Below are positions 22,043 through 37,473 of a DNA stretch of 64,000 nt, in pieces. Position 1 is the stretch's first letter. Every line of letters begins with the position of its first letter. The position numbers and the translations under genes are program-made. The notes under the pieces are model-generated. The model was not told the DNA's origin. It made no database searches and worked only from the letters and a program-made list of their open reading frames with translations. The stretch is from Octopus vulgaris (lineage: Eukaryota). The stretch lies in NCBI GenBank assembly GCA_951406725.2, contig OX597822.1, positions 113,522,001 to 113,586,000 of the forward strand, given 5' to 3'.

Positions 22043-22896
22043 ATTCAGTAAATACTCATTGCTCTAACGTGGGAATAATTCGATACATCAATCGTACGAT
22101 TACTGTATCATCGTTCTTTCATTTTACGTTAAATAGTTTTAAGTGCGAGTCTAACCGCATCACCTTGGGAGATTCCCATTTAATATCTACAGTGAAATAT
22201 AATCATTGATATCTATATTATTTTCACGGATAATTTTAAAATTAAATTATATAACTTATTATTATTAATTTCTTTTTGACACATCCGTCTTCGTTTGATT
22301 GCTCACTAAACGCCATCAATTCCTCTTACCTCTTGTTCCACAAATCTTCTTCATATTCATCTAAGTTAGCCGAATGATAATTAAAGTGACACTTGTGAAA
22401 GTAACCAAACGATAACTGAAACATCTCCTCCCACACAAACGCTAGAGAAAGAATGCCGACCAAAGCTGAACACTGATTATATTTGCATTTCTTTTGGGAA
22501 ACTCATTTTCCGCATAAAATAAACAAAATAGTCCGAGATGTAGTCAGTTTGCCTTTAAAAGATTCTAAGGTTTGGGGTGTTTGTCTTCTGAAGATTACTT
22601 ACGTGAATTTGTGTATAAACATCCTCATCCGTCATTTAGTTTTTAGATCCAATCAGTAGGGAGCGTAGACAAAGAGGCACAACGCAGTGTACAAGAATCT
22701 CTTCCTCTGTATAAACATGCGTAAAATCAAGAACAGAGAGTGACATAAATAATTACGTAACGGATAGTAGACAGATGAAAGTAGTTGTCAAAATGTTCAG
22801 CGAAACCATAGCGTTAGGAATGGTACAGAAATTTCCATCGGAATTAAATATACAATAAAATTTAATTTCTTTCGTTGTATCTAGCGTGGACATTGT

Positions 22897-23165
22897 ATCT
22901 ACAGTGGAGAAGGCTAGCCACTGGATTTGGTTAAAAAGAGACGATGAGCGATGGCTAGAAGAATATTGAGCTTTATTTGATAACCAGTTGTTTTAGCAAG
23001 CGGGACCTCATATCAGTGACGGGCGCCGGTGCGCATTGATGCCGTTGGGAGGTAGGCCCCGAAACGGCGCGCATTCTCTCCTGATGACCCCAATACACTT
23101 GCTGGCTTCTGGTATGCGGAGTTTTTGACTGGTAGCACTTGCATGTGCAAGTTGTTTGCAAGACA
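22897..23165 (+). mobile_element. Second, more truncated copy of the Hero-like retrotransposon 3' end
   Basis: Aligns to 11340-11607 (STVEKASHWIWLKRDDERWLEEY* plus the whole 3'UTR, ending GTTTGCAAGA). Confidence 0.9.
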
Positions 23166-23913
23166 TCTATCTAATGTGGACAAAGATTCTCTTTGCCTTC
23201 GAAATTCTATTTTTGTCTTCCATATTTTAAGAAAAACAAATTCAGAGCAGTTTTATCGATTTTATTAAATCTTTTACCTAAGTGTCCTCATCGTACAATG
23301 AAACCCCACTTTGATCTAAATTTACAAGAATCTTTCTTTGAGAGAAAATTTGTGATTTTATTTGCGTCAGGTTCAATTGTATTCATAGAGATTTTAACTT
23401 GATTAGGGACAAAGAAATGCAAGATTAAACATACTGAACAAACTAATAATAAATACTTGTAAATACCTTCGAAATCCTAAGGAACTAACTCGGATTAATT
23501 CTTTGTCCTGGCAGCACTTTCTGGAGATCTTGTAGCTATTTTCCTTACACCATATCCATGTCATATTAACGATGCTAACTAAATCTACTACAAAACACCG
23601 CGATTGGATTCAAAATCCAGTGGGCAGTTGTAGGCAACCGTTTCCTCACGGCAATTTCATTTGCCCAAATTGTTTTAAAATAAATATTACTTATGAAAAT
23701 AGAAGTCAAAATTTTATAATTTAGTTTAGATTTAGTTTGTTCCGAAAAAACATTTTATTTCAGTAATTTATCATTTGATTTAAGCAAAGAAATATTCACT
23801 AAGATATGTGACAATTATTAACTGGGTAATTATTACATTCCATCACACCATTCTGATATTAGTTAATTTAAATGTGGTAGATATACAGGCATCATGAGTG
23901 TGTGTCTTTGTGC

Positions 23914-23945
<32 letters not shown>

Positions 23946-24984
23946 ATGCATGTGCGTTTGTGCATGCGTGTGCGTGTGCATGTGGGTTCGTATGCGTGTG
24001 TGTGTGTGTGCATGAACGTGTGTATATGTGCACGTGTGTGCATGTGCGTTTGTGTGTGCGTGTACGTGTGGGTGCGTGGGCGTGTGTGTGTGTGTGTGTG
24101 TGTGCATACTGTTATATCATTTAATTGCTTGGTTCAGCCTTTGGACTGCAGCAATGCAGAGGCACCGCCTTAGGGTAAAAAAAGGTTCTAATGTTACTAA
24201 TAATGCTGGGAATTCGACATATCAAATATATAAATCACTCTGAGTTGACTTGGACTTCAAGTTTCGCCTTATCGGCTTGTTAATCCAGGTTCTTGGAACA
24301 AGTCTCAGTCAACTCAAAATGATAGATACACAAACACACACACAATGTATACACATATATACATAAATTCGCGCACACACACATACACACACATATATAC
24401 TTATATGTGTGTGTGTACATATCAGCATATATATATATATATATATATATTTGTATGTATTTATGTTTGAACACACATGTATGTTGTATCAGAAGGTAAG
24501 AGAAATAAATGAGAGGAAGACTAAATTAACTCATTTGTTTATTCACACAGGAAATATATTAGAATTTATTGGCAGATTTCGTTTTATTGTGTGCGTTTTA
24601 ACGGAAATTCAGTGAATTTAATTGCGGAAGTGTAGCATAATGCATTTTATAAATGACAACTAAAGCATTCACATTGGTAATTCCATCTGATCACTTTCTC
24701 TCCAGCAGCTTATTTGCCAGCTTCGCAATAGTTGTAAATTATCAATTTGAATTCCTCTACTAATGAATTTTACTGTATTTTGGTCCCATGATGTTCTCGC
24801 ATTTCAGAGATAATTTGCCAGGGGAAATATACAGAAAACTTGACAGGAGCATTTTCCTGAAATGCAACGTCACATTTACAATGCCACATGTCTTCAAAGA
24901 GACGCTGAATTCTTGTAGGCGTGTATAAGAAAATATAAATTCCACGAGTATAACAGGTATAGCTCAGTGCTGTCCTGTATAATG

Positions 24985-25380
24985 GTTTCAGATTTTGGCA
25001 CAAGGCTAGCAATTTCGGGGGAGGAGTTAAATCAATTACATTGACCCTAGTGCTCAACTGGTACTTATTCTATCAACCTCGAAAGAAGGAAAGGCAAACT
25101 CGACCTCAGCGGTATTTGAACTCAGAACGTAAAGACGGGCGAAATACCTATTTCTTTACTGCCCACAAGGGGCTAAACACAAAGGAGACAAACAAGGACA
25201 GACAAACGGATTTAAGTCGATTACATCGACCCCAGTGCGTAACTGGTGCTTAATTTATCGACCCCGAAAGGATGAAAGGCAAAGTCGACCTCGACGGAAT
25301 TTGAACTCAGAATGTAGTGGCAGACGAAATACCGCTAAGCATTTCGCCCGGCGTGCTAACGTTTCTGCCAGCTCGCCGCA
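24985..25380 (-). mobile_element. SINE family A dimer (head plus 2 body units)
   Basis: Internal junction GAAATACCTATTTC at 25141-25154. Confidence 0.8.
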
Positions 25381-25798
25381 GAAACCAATATTATAGAATA
25401 TGCTATTAACATTTGAAATAGTTCTTCCTTTTAGATTTTTATAAGTTAAATCAAATGAGGGATGCATTATTGAAATATAATCAGTCAATTTTCAAATGTC
25501 ATATTCTATCGACAATAGAATGGTGGTAAGGACAATTAATCTCGGCCGAATTTGAACTCAGAACACGAGAATATCTTAAGTATAGATCCTGCAAACTATG
25601 CTGAAAAAGGTAATCCATACTTTATGGAACTCTGAAAGAGAACGATAACACAAGTGACTGTGCGAAAAATATAGGAATGTTTGCAAAATAACTATTTCAA
25701 ACCAGATGCGCAACGGACGCCTTGCATTTAACGTTGATTGAAAAATCAAATCTTTACCCAATCACTTGCTGACTCCAAATATTGTATTACATCTCGAT

Positions 25799-26032
25799 GA
25801 AGGCGGCGAGCTGGCAGAATCGTTAGCGCGACGGGCGAAATGCTTAGCGGTATTTCGTCTGCCGTTACGTTCTGAGTTCAAATTCCGCCGAGGTTGACTT
25901 TGCCTTTCATCTTTTCGAGGTCGATAAATTAAGTACCAGTTACGCACTGGGGTCGATATAATCGATTTAATCCGTCTGTCTGTCCTTGTTTGTCCCCTCT
26001 GTGTTTAGCCCCCTGTGGGTATTAAAGAAATA
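25799..26032 (+). mobile_element. SINE family A monomer (tRNA-like head, Nin/Deu-like central domain)
   Basis: A box TGGCAGAATCG and B box GTTCAAATTCC. Perfect 16-bp TSD TGTATTACATCTCGAT at 25783-25798 and 26033-26048. Confidence 0.9.
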
Positions 26033-26515
26033 TGTATTACATCTCGATATCTATAGCTACAATAAAGTGTCTTTACCAATTTTTAGGAGAACTGTTAAAA
26101 ACGGTTTTTATATAATACACAATTATAAGGCAACTTCTAATTATATATATTGCAGAGTTCATGTAGATAGGGAAAATGTACCCTAATTTAAAGGCCTGCA
26201 ATACTAATTAACAGTGCAATTCTGAGTAAGTGTAGTTAGAAGACTTCATTCTCACCATCTGCAAAAAATTGCGTATTTAGGAAATATTATAGCAATCATA
26301 CAATTAACTTTAATAGATAATTAAGGTGTATAATTTATGAACTGAACTTAACTTGAAGCAAATAAGAAGTATATTAAACTAGAAAAATGATGAGGCATGC
26401 ACTGCTATTGAAAATTATTTCATGTATCTTTTTTACACAGACTAATTTTACCATTTATAGAATTTCGTCAGCTAACCCTGCTGTAGCATTATAGAATTAA
26501 TTTTAAAATGCACAA

Positions 26516-26570
<55 letters not shown>

Positions 26571-27227
26571 TTTTTGTTGTTTTTTTGCAGTTAGCAAGCT
26601 TTGTATTGTTGCGTGTATTATCACCTGTCCGAAGCTGACCATTGAAAATTAGATATCCCATTTTATTCCTAAGGTGCTAAACCAGTGCCAAATACTTGTT
26701 TCCCCATCTGATCAGGGTTGGATCGAATATACACCAATATCTATATGAGGATATGTTTTCTTTTCGTCACAGTTAAATTATACGTATAAGTATATGTTTA
26801 TCCATCGAATTAATATGATTTCACAGAATATTTTTACAGAATATTTCATAATAAGAAAACATTTGTTAAGATATAATAGATAAGATAAGCTATAAGAGCC
26901 ATGTTATATGCTATATATTAATATTTTAGAGTTTTAAAACAATTAGGAGTTAGGGAGCGATTATTTCTAATCATAAGCTATATCTAATTGGTTAACAAAT
27001 TTGAATTTCTACGTCTCAGTTATAGTTAGTTAATAGAAGACCGAATGATTAAGTGAATATACCGTGTTAATCTCCCGTCAATACAATGTATATCCTTAAA
27101 TTAACTTTCAAATATTAATCGTAAACAAAGAATTCTTATAATAAGCAATACAAGTGTAAGTTAATACATGAATATTTATCTACAAAATTTAATAAAGCAT
27201 ATAAATATTCAACCACATGTTATATAG

Positions 27228-27275
<48 letters not shown>

Positions 27276-27617
27276 AAATGGGACAAGAACGCAAAACATT
27301 CAAATAAACGATACAAAAAACACGGACGGGTCATTCGAAGCCTCTAATCTTCAGTCAAGAACCGGATCATCCTCGCAATTTCGGCTGATTAATCTTGAGA
27401 TTGCTCCGATCAGGCCAGCCCCAAGGAAACGAGCATTAGATTTCTGGGGAAAAGGATCGAATATATACGAAACAAGGACAGAAAAACGGACGATATTACA
27501 CGAATATAATACAAAAAACAATAATAATAATAACAGGACATAACAACAGGTGTCTTTCAACTTAGACGAATTGAACTCAACTGGCGTATATATATTTATA
27601 TATATAGGCATATATAA

Positions 27618-27670
<53 letters not shown>

Positions 27671-28778
27671 CATATATACATATACATATATATATACACA
27701 TATCACATACCAAAAACGTATCTCCGTTGAAGTATACAGAAATACATACATACATACATACATACGTACATACATACATACATACATACATACATACATA
27801 ATACACTCACACACACACACACACACGCACACACACAACTCTTGAATCTACCCAGGATAGTATTAATTCATGCTGATAAATATAAATGAGATTCTAAATA
27901 AGGAGCTTATAGGAGATGGTTTCTAAACCATTTCAATTTCTGAGACTGAGAATATCTGGCTGAAAATATGCACAAAACATTCTGTCTGTCTGTCTGTCTC
28001 TAATTATTGTACGTGTGTGAATATCCTAATACATCCTATTCGAATTTCTCTCTGAGCGTGCACATGTGTATGCGTGTGTGTGTGCATGCATGTGTGTGTG
28101 TGCATGTGTGTGCGTGTGCGTGTGTTAAAATGGTGTGGGTATATTATCTAAAAATTTCATCTGTTAGGACGGAAATCACAACTTTCGATGCTTCTGAGGA
28201 AGTGAACTTTGCAAGTTAAATTGCCGTTAGAATTGGCAGGAAATTAAAACAACTTTTGTCATATTATCTCCAAAAACGCGAGGCTTATAAGGTTTTGCGC
28301 TTCAAAAGTAATATCAGGTATTATTTTAAGAGAAAAATTTTCGCGGAATGAATACATTAGACTAGGACTTCAGAGGAAGAAGAGATTGGTGAAAACAAAT
28401 TTGTTCCATATGAGTTGTCTCAAATTATACAACTGTACAATATATTCATGAATCTGGAAGATTGCGCTATAAAATAAATATAAAATATATCACATATTGA
28501 GTTCATCTTTTCTATGAAAAACTGTAAAAGAATTATGATTAGACGAAGTAGTGACAAATTTTCTCTATGCAAATCATGTATTAAATTTGTATCTCTTAGT
28601 TTTGATGCTGAAACTGAAACGCATTTGAAAACATATTAACTATATCGATCCTTCTATATACCTACATGTCTAAATTCCTCTGTAGTGTGGCGGGAGACGT
28701 AGAGCGGGGTATAAACACTCAGCGACTCGAACCAACGACAGTTAGAAGCATTTTAATTTCATATCAAGTATTCATTCT

Positions 28779-29012
28779 TATTTTTTTACTGCCCACAAGG
28801 GGCTACACACAGAGGAGACAAACAAGGACAGACAAACGGATTAAGTCAATTATATCGACCCCAGTGCGTAACTAGTACTTAATCGACCCCGAAAGGATGA
28901 AAGGCAAAGTTGACCTCGGCGGAATTTGAAATCAGAACGTAACGGCAGACGAAATACCGCTAAGCATTTCGCCCGGCGTGATAACGTTTCTGCCAACTCG
29001 CCGCCTGTGCAG
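28779..29012 (-). mobile_element. SINE family A monomer
   Basis: 13-bp TSD AAGTATTCATTCT at 28766-28778 and 29013-29025. Confidence 0.88.
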
Positions 29013-29575
29013 AAGTATTCATTCTGTTGACCAAACTATTGCATTCATGAGTGTGTCTCCCTTCTAATGAAGTAATATATACCATAAAATACCAAAAGAA
29101 GGCATTTTGTTTTTTAAGCTATGGAGCATTTTCATCATATTATATCAAATTATGATATCTCTTAATATCTATTACAATATCAGTTGTTTATATAGTTGTA
29201 ATGATACAAAGATAAATGAAAAATGCCAAACTGAAGTTGTTAGTTGAGAAGAATTTACGGCTCAAGTCCAAAGTGTGTGCGACACAAGTATAGAATATTG
29301 AATAAACTCTAATGACTTGCACTTAGTTCATTGATCACGGAGAAGTAAACGATGAAGCCAACACTGCCATATTTGTTCCGGTGCTTTAATTTCTGTCATT
29401 CCACATTATTGGTACCTTTGACACAGACAAGTATGAAATTTGAAATCAGAAACTCAATATCACCCAGTATTAACAATTCTTTGTTAATATAAGAATGTGA
29501 TATATTTGACTCAATACCAGATATCTTAAGCGAGAAAAGAGTAATCAAGATTATTACCGTACATTACTGGTACTA

Positions 29576-30141
29576 TTGGGTTGTCCGGAAAGTTCATGCC
29601 GATTTTTAAATGAAAGAAATATGGTCAATAAATAATTGCCATTGCATTTTTAATCAACCAAATATGAACCATTTTGTTGCACAATGCGTCTCCATCTTTC
29701 CTTTAACTTGAAAATACCCTCTTCGCAGAATTGAGGTGGTTTCATGGCAAATAATTCATCAAAGGTATCTTTTTACATCATCCAAGGAATTGAAATTTTT
29801 ACCATTAAGACTATTCTGCAGAGACCTGAATAAGAAATCTGAAGGAACAATATCTGGTGAATATGTAGAGTGGGGTAATACATCCCAGCCGAGCTACAGC
29901 AATTTTTTTCTGGTTCCCAAAAGCATCAAGTGCCGAAAATGAACTTTCTTATCTTCCATTTTAAAGGGTTACAAAATTAACACAGGTTATAGGAACATAA
30001 ACCTTCTTCCACGAAAAGACAGCTTAAAATGAGCTCTAATTGGAGGTGTAGTCAAATCAGATTTTATGTACTCAACTATGTTCTAAAATGAGTCGAAAGG
30101 TAAGCTGCTATAAATCGGCACGAACTTTCCGGACAACCCAA
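29576..30141 (-). mobile_element. Internally deleted mariner transposon
   Basis: TIRs TTGGGTTGTCCGGAAAGTTC(A/G)TGCCGATTT at both ends with TA flanks. Minus-strand remnants MEDKKVHFRHLML and WDVLPHSTYSPDIVPSD...FRSLQNSL...RWRRIVQQNGSY. Confidence 0.9.
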
Positions 30142-32429
30142 TATTTTATCCGTTCATGTACAATAAAAGACGAAATGAACTCAGAATCGAGAGGTAAAAA
30201 TACTGCTAGGCAATTACTGAAGTATTACTTATACTCCTGTTTAAGTATAACATAAACTGTGTTTGTGAAACTACGCATAAATAAAATAGAAAAAAATAGA
30301 GAAAATGTGAAAAGAGAAGTTCTTGATTAAAGAATTGCAAAGATTTCAACTACTGATTGTCAAGTGGCTTTAGTATCGTTTGATCCATCTGGGAATTAAT
30401 AGCCCGTACACGTCCGCTGGATAGACTCGGGCAAGTTTCAAGTCTTGTATTTAAATTGTCTTTTCAGAAATTAATTGATCAAGAAGACGAAAGACTGACT
30501 TCTTCTGACAATAAGACAAAAATTAATCGTGGAATAGTAAGATTCGAATAGAAAAGGGTTAAAATATTCTCATCCGAAATTATAGGATACAGTAAGACTT
30601 TGCTCTCAAAGTCTTTTTCTTTATTTTCTTTGAATACTATTTTAAAAAAATTTTTGATAGACACAAAAAATCCAATGGTGTTCACCTAGAAAAATATATT
30701 TTATGCTCTACTGACTTTATCAAAAGCTCGTCTAATGACAAACTAAAATAAGATACAAATGTCATAACATTTCTGCTCGTCTATGACAAGTATTTACACG
30801 ACTGCTTCTTTCTGAACAATTTATACTTTACTCCATTTCCAGATACGTTTTTCAACATCGATTAAATGTACTGTTTTCTATTATTATTGCTGTGTGGCCA
30901 TGTTACCTACGCATGTCTTTTTTTTTTTACTTAGTTGTTTTCCAAATTTATGGTACCCACACAATACCCTCCAGTGTAAGTTGGCATATCATAAAGTAAC
31001 TATATGCACCCCTACCTTATTCCCAGCACTTCAGTTTTATATAGCAATGGTTTTCCTCCATATGTCATTGATTATGCTATATTTTTCTTCCATATCTCAG
31101 TTTAATTTCATTTAACCAAAATAAGTTCTTATCTGTAAAAACAAATCTCCCATGGATAAAAAAAAAGCTCTTAAAATTGTACACAACTCCCAGAAGGATT
31201 CAATTAGACACAAACATGTAAGATACTTTACCCTTCCAACAACTTTTTTTTTTAATCAGAAAATCTTTGAGATGAATTATAGTTTTGTTATTCTAAAAAC
31301 GATATTTGAAATTCTTATGCTAGAAATATTCAGCCGAGAAATTGTGATCGCCAAAAAGCTATCCTACAATGCAACTTTTTAAATGTATGATGTTGAAAAT
31401 GTTTGTTTTATCGCCGTTCAAAATTTCCACTACCACTGCATATCTTCCAACACATCTTCCTTAAATTTTACCTAAAATAGTACGATCAATTTTTTTTTTT
31501 ATCCAAAACATGAAATTTGCAATGATTATGCTTAAATAAGGCACCAGATTTGTTTCAGTCAGTTTGAAACAGTATGTGTTATTACACAGGCATCATACGA
31601 TGATCTGAAAATAGATTTGATCTCAAGGTGGTCAAACGCTAAAATGAATAATATTAACTGTTTTTGATTAGGCATGAAACTAAATCTTATTGCAAAAAAA
31701 ATATATTATGGGGAAATATCTGCTTCGCCGACCTCACAACTTCACTATCTTTGGCAGAAGGCTTCGTATTAGCATCAGAACCCTCCTCAGATACATCATC
31801 CTAACTTTTTGTTGCTTTGTTTGGAGAGTAACAACGTCATAATACTGGATAGCACATTTGCAATATATTAACTGACGAGTGATATCTCTGTGTTATAAGT
31901 TGTAAATGTTTGATCCTAAAGTAAGAAACAAAAATTACACCAACAACACGTGATGAAGCGCAAAGTATTTCACATCATGTGATACGAAACAATGTGACCA
32001 GAGAAAATAAAAATTCATTTATGTTATAAACTCTAAGCAGAAATTCATAAATATCACTCGATATTCCTGTCACAAAATGGTCTGCTAACATGGGAACATT
32101 AGTACGACTATGTAGACATGCTTAATTCTAAAAGCTCAAAATATTTTCTGTTATAATTAACATCAGCTCTTATCCAAACCCTAACTTCAGCCTTGAAGTA
32201 GTTCAACATTTATAACCACTGTCCTTATTTTATTCTCTTAAATTAATTTATACTGTAATTTCACTCAAGATATTAAGGAAGCCGAAAGTATTGCAGCAAA
32301 CGAATCAACAGTGTAATCCACATGATTCCTAACTGTTGCGCTGATTGGTTACCTGGATAGATTAAATGTTGACTGAAGTAATATTTCAGGTGACAGGCGT
32401 TCTCAAATACAGACACCTAGAGAAATACC

Positions 32430-32846
32430 TATTTCTTTACTTCCCACAAGGGACTAAACACAGAGAGGACAAACAAGGACAGACAAACGGATTAAGTCAA
32501 TTATATCGACCCCAGTGTGTAACTGGTACTTATTTAATCGACCCCGAAAGGATGAAAGGCAAAGTCGACCTCGGCGGAATTTGAACTCAGAACGTAGCGG
32601 CAGACGAAATACTTATTTCTTTACTACCCACAAGGGGCTAAACACAGAGGGGACAAACAAGGACAGACAAACGGATTAAGTCGATTATATCGACCCCAGT
32701 GCGCAACTGGTACTTAATTTATCGACCCCGAGAGGATGAAAGACAAAGTCGACCTCGGTGGAGTTTGAACCCAGAACGTAACGGCAGACAAAATACCGCA
32801 AAGCATTTCGCCCGGCGTGCTAACGTTTCTGCCAGCTCGCCGCCTT
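32430..32846 (-). mobile_element. SINE family A dimer
   Basis: Two ~185-nt body units. Perfect 15-bp TSD ACCTAGAGAAATACC at 32415-32429 and 32847-32861. Confidence 0.9.
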
Positions 32847-34598
32847 ACCTAGAGAAATACCACTGCCATTAATAATCTTATTCATTAACTCCAAACGGTG
32901 TGTTGCGATGCACACTACAATTGGTGAGTTGTGAAGGACAGCAACTGTGGAAGCCTAAGTTTATCCACTTCGATTATAATTATTAATAGAACATACATGG
33001 AGTGATTGGATAGGGGAAAACAGTAAAATTCCCGGATTTACACACGGCACATCTGAGACCACAGTATGGTCCTACATTGATATATGGCACGCCTGGAGCA
33101 CTGGTATGTAGGGAGCACACCAAATTCCTTTATCACTTCTCTGGGTACCGTAGATCTAACAGATCGCGATTAACTTGGGGTTATACAATAATAACACAGG
33201 AATATAACAAACGATGTGTGTCTGTGCGTGCGTGTTTGTGTGTGTGTTTATATTTCTGTTTCTGTCCAGGGTGTAGAGTTCCCTGCTGTGAACAGCAGGC
33301 TATGAATGCTATTGAATTAGAATAATAACGTTTTTTTTTTTAAATAAAGCATTCCGCCCAACTTTTCAACCCTCTCAAACCTTACCATTGAGGTTTTTTG
33401 TTTCTAAATTGACTTATCATTGACGTCTGTAGGACACAGTCAGGCTGGTTCGATGTGGAAATACTCAAAACGCTTAATTTCCTACTTACCGTATAATATC
33501 TCTTCCCAAAATCTAATGTCATAGCTGAAATTTCATTACGGATATTTATGACTTGATTTATCTTTTTATATTTATTTTATATTCCGTTTTAAAGCCATAT
33601 CTAACCATTCCATCAGCTGCTGCGGTATTTTAGTTTCGCGGATAAGAACCTTCAGAAATATGGACACACCCTTTCTTTATTGACTGCAAATCTTGGAATG
33701 ACATGGTGTAGCTAAAACTGAAAAAAAATATCTCAAGATAAACCAAGAATAAATGCGAAATAGTTATTTGATAACAAAAGAACAATGAAAGTTTCTCATA
33801 TGGCTTATGTTAGTTATGATTATGAAAAAAAAAAAATTAAATACGTGAGGTTAAGCTATGCGAGAAGCACTCAGCTATACATTGAAGGCTAAGCGATAAA
33901 TTTAGATCTTATCTCAAATATAATCAAACAGTATATTTCATACAACATTGTCAGATGTCACAAGTATGAGTAAGATTTACAAGTTCAATACCTGCTGTGT
34001 GCTTTAAAATTACATTTTTAAAGTGTAATATTATTTTAGAAACGGAAGAATTTTTACAAATACACACAACTGGAAATCATTTCAGTTTGACTTTAACATT
34101 TAAGAGTTGTCTAAGTCTATAAATTATCTTTTAGTAAAATATGTTTATATAACTCAATGAGGTAAGTTTTTCTAGCTTTCTTTATGTATAATGCGTTTGA
34201 AAATGCTATTCATATTTTTGATTCACTTTAGAATGAGGAATATTTAATTTCTCTTCAATTCCTAAGAAGTCACTTGGTTATTAGCAGAACTGCAATTAAC
34301 TTCGTGACTCTGTTTTAAATTATTTTAGAAAAATATTTAATTTTATCTATTTATTTTAATAAATAAATAAAAATGATGTATTATGAGTATGGATCTATAA
34401 TGTACAATAAACTTAATTAAAATACATTCTTGTCGGTTTGCATATAAGTACACGCGACGAAAAGAAACAATCATCACCAAGGTCAAAAGGAAAACGTTTT
34501 AAATTAAGTATATTTCAGCATAAAAGCTTTTGTTGAGCTACGATAAATGAATGAAGAGATTCGCTGCAGAATAGTAATGTAGCTTTGTAAAGAATTAG

Positions 34599-35001
34599 AC
34601 TCTTTTACTTGTTTCAGTCATTTGACTGTGGCCATGCTGGAGCACCGCCTTTAGTCAAACGAATTGACCCCAGGACTTATTCTTTGTAAGCCTAGTACTT
34701 ATTCTATTGGTCTCTTTTTGCCGAACCGCTAAGTTACGGGGACTTAAACACACCAGCATCGGTTGTCAAGCGATGTTGGGGGGGGGGGCAAACACAAACA
34801 CACAAACATATACATACACACATACATATAGATATACATATATACGACGGGCTTCTTTCAGTTTCCGCCTACCAAATCCACCACAAGGCTTTGCTCGACC
34901 CGAGGCTATAGTAGAAGACACATGCACAGGGAACCACGCAGTGGAACTGAACCCTGAACCATGTGGTTGGTAAGCAAGCTACTTACCACACAGCCACTCC
35001 T
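34599..35001 (-). mobile_element. SINE family B full-length copy
   Basis: High similarity to the other family B copies. Confidence 0.85.
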
Positions 35002-35354
35002 AGACTGTTTACAATTTTATGTTTTCTAATTTAGAAAGATCTCTTTTACATATTTTACTTTTTCTGCATAAATAAATATGGCTTAGATATGTAAATAACT
35101 ATTAGGGAAATACATTAATATCACAATATACTATTTCCTTGCTTATAAAAAAAAAAAGATACGCATTTTTCCCAGCCCCAACGATTCAACATTTACTCTT
35201 TAACATTGATGTACATTTTATTGCCTTCATTGTTTCTAAACGATTTAACATTTTTGTCTTGTACGATTTTCTCCAGATTGATTTAAATAAAAAGCCTAAA
35301 ACTCATGAATTCTATTCTGGAGGACTAAAGTAATAATGATAATTACAGTACAGA

Positions 35355-35940
35355 AGGCGGCGTGCTGGCAGAAACATTAGCACAAAGGGCGAAATTCTTA
35401 GCGGTATTTCGTCTGCTGTTACGTTCTGAGTTCAAATTCTGCCGAGGTCGACTTTGCCTTTCATCCTTTCGGGATCGATTAAATAAGTACCAGTTACGCA
35501 CTGGGGTCGATATAATCGACTTAATCCGTTTGTCTGTCCTTGTTTGTCCCGTCTGTGTTTAGCCCCTTGTGGGTAGTAAAAGAAATAGGTATTTCGTCTG
35601 CCGCTACGTTCTGAGTTCAAATTCCGCCGAGGTCGACTTTGCCTTTCATCCTTTCGGGGTCGATTAAATAAGTACCAGATACGCACTGGGGTTGATATAA
35701 TCGACTTAATCCATTTGTCTATCCTTGTTTGTCCCGTCTGTGTTTAGCCCCTTGTGGGTAATAAAAGAAATAGGTATTTTGTCTGCCGTTACGTTCTGAG
35801 TTCAAATTCCGCCGAGGTCGATTTTGTCTTTCATCCTTTCGGGGTCGATAAATTAAGTACCAGTTACGCACTGGGGTCGATATAATCGACTTAATCCATT
35901 TGTCTGCCCTTGTTTGTCCCATTGTGGGTAATAAAGAAAC
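35355..35940 (+). mobile_element. SINE family A trimer (head plus 3 body units, period 185 nt)
   Basis: GGTATTT unit starts at 35403, 35588 and 35773. Confidence 0.9.
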
Positions 35941-37473
35941 AGATAATAACAGTCCAGCAGTGGTGATAACGGTAGTCATAGCTATGGGAAGCACTCCGTC
36001 GGTTACGACGACGAGGTAAGTCATAGCTGTATCAGTTATACAACAGCGTCTTCACTAGCGACGTCCACGGCAACAGTAACAGGCAAAAAGAGAAGGAACA
36101 GCCCAAAACAGCAACGGCTGCAGAAACAACAATAGCTGCAATACCTACAACAGCGAAAAACCAAAATATTAGAAGAAAGAGCAACAACAGCGACACAATC
36201 GACTGCAACATTAGCCGGAATAAATGTGTTTGTTGTTCTAATTCTCTTTCCTAACCTACTTGATGTTGCTGTTGTTATCTCTGTAGTGGCTGTTGCTGCT
36301 ACATGTGCTGCTACATGTGCCCGGGGCTGTGATTTGGTAGTTTCTGTCTCCTATTACCTTTGACATGTAGAAGGAATGAAAGTTTGTCTCACAACAATTT
36401 GGATTTCTTTTCGAATCTAGTTCAAGGTTATGATTGTTATAAGTCTTCCGTAATGGAATATTTGCTGAATTCTTGCTTGTCTTTCATTTCAGTTTACTCG
36501 AGCCATAAAAATAAACAAACCAAATCTTCGTCTACAGAAATATTAACAACGCGTACCAATACTTATACACAAACCCACAGACACTCGCACACATCAATAT
36601 CCGCATACATACACTCATATAGGATTGAAAGTTTTGTGTTTGCTTGGCAATTCTATGCTACGCACAAAATTAATAGTACTCAATAAATGATAAACCCGGG
36701 TACGTGTGTGTGTCATATATTCGTGTACCGTGTACATATACACACATTACACACATACGAACACAAATACAGACACACTCACACATACAATAATGTATCT
36801 GAGTCTAAGTAATATATGCATACGAAAGTGTTGGCAATTACGTTTCTATAATTAGATCATAGATTTGAAGAAAAAAGCAGTTCAGCTGTAAACTCGGAGC
36901 CATAATCAGATTTATTAAATCTTTTTTTTTCCTTTTTGTTTCTTTTCTTTCTTCTTCTTCATTGGTCTCAGTAGTATTCTGTCAAATATTCTGTCTTTAG
37001 GGCTCAGTTGTAGTAACCCACTTCTCTTCTTCTGGTTATTACCAACCTCACTCGGAATATATCCTATTAACAGACATGGTAAGAATGGCACAGTTTTCAG
37101 TTGCTAGTTGTTGCTATGTTACATTAAAAGTGCCGTTGACTTATACTTTGCTATAATTGAAGTTTTATTTCTAACCTGGCTGCTGCTGATGAAAACATTT
37201 CATTAAAAGCCCCAATGGGAGTTGACATGCTAGAAAAAGCAGCCAGATTCTTTCAACGAATAAAATATACTCCTTTATGTATAAAATGTCAGGATGGTCA
37301 TGCCCGGTACGCTTTCGATAAGCGTGGATCAGGGACAAAACTATACCAATTCCTTTATTGATGTTATAGAAAATTTTGTATTAGCTTTTTTCCTTATTAA
37401 TTGATATCGATTATAAAGCTGGATTAAGGCAGCGAACCGACAGAATCATTAGATTAACGGACAACATACATAC

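Noticed and set aside
35355-35940. Regular 185-nt repeats as a CRISPR array or satellite
   Set aside because: No unique spacers and a eukaryotic context; the units are SINE bodies.
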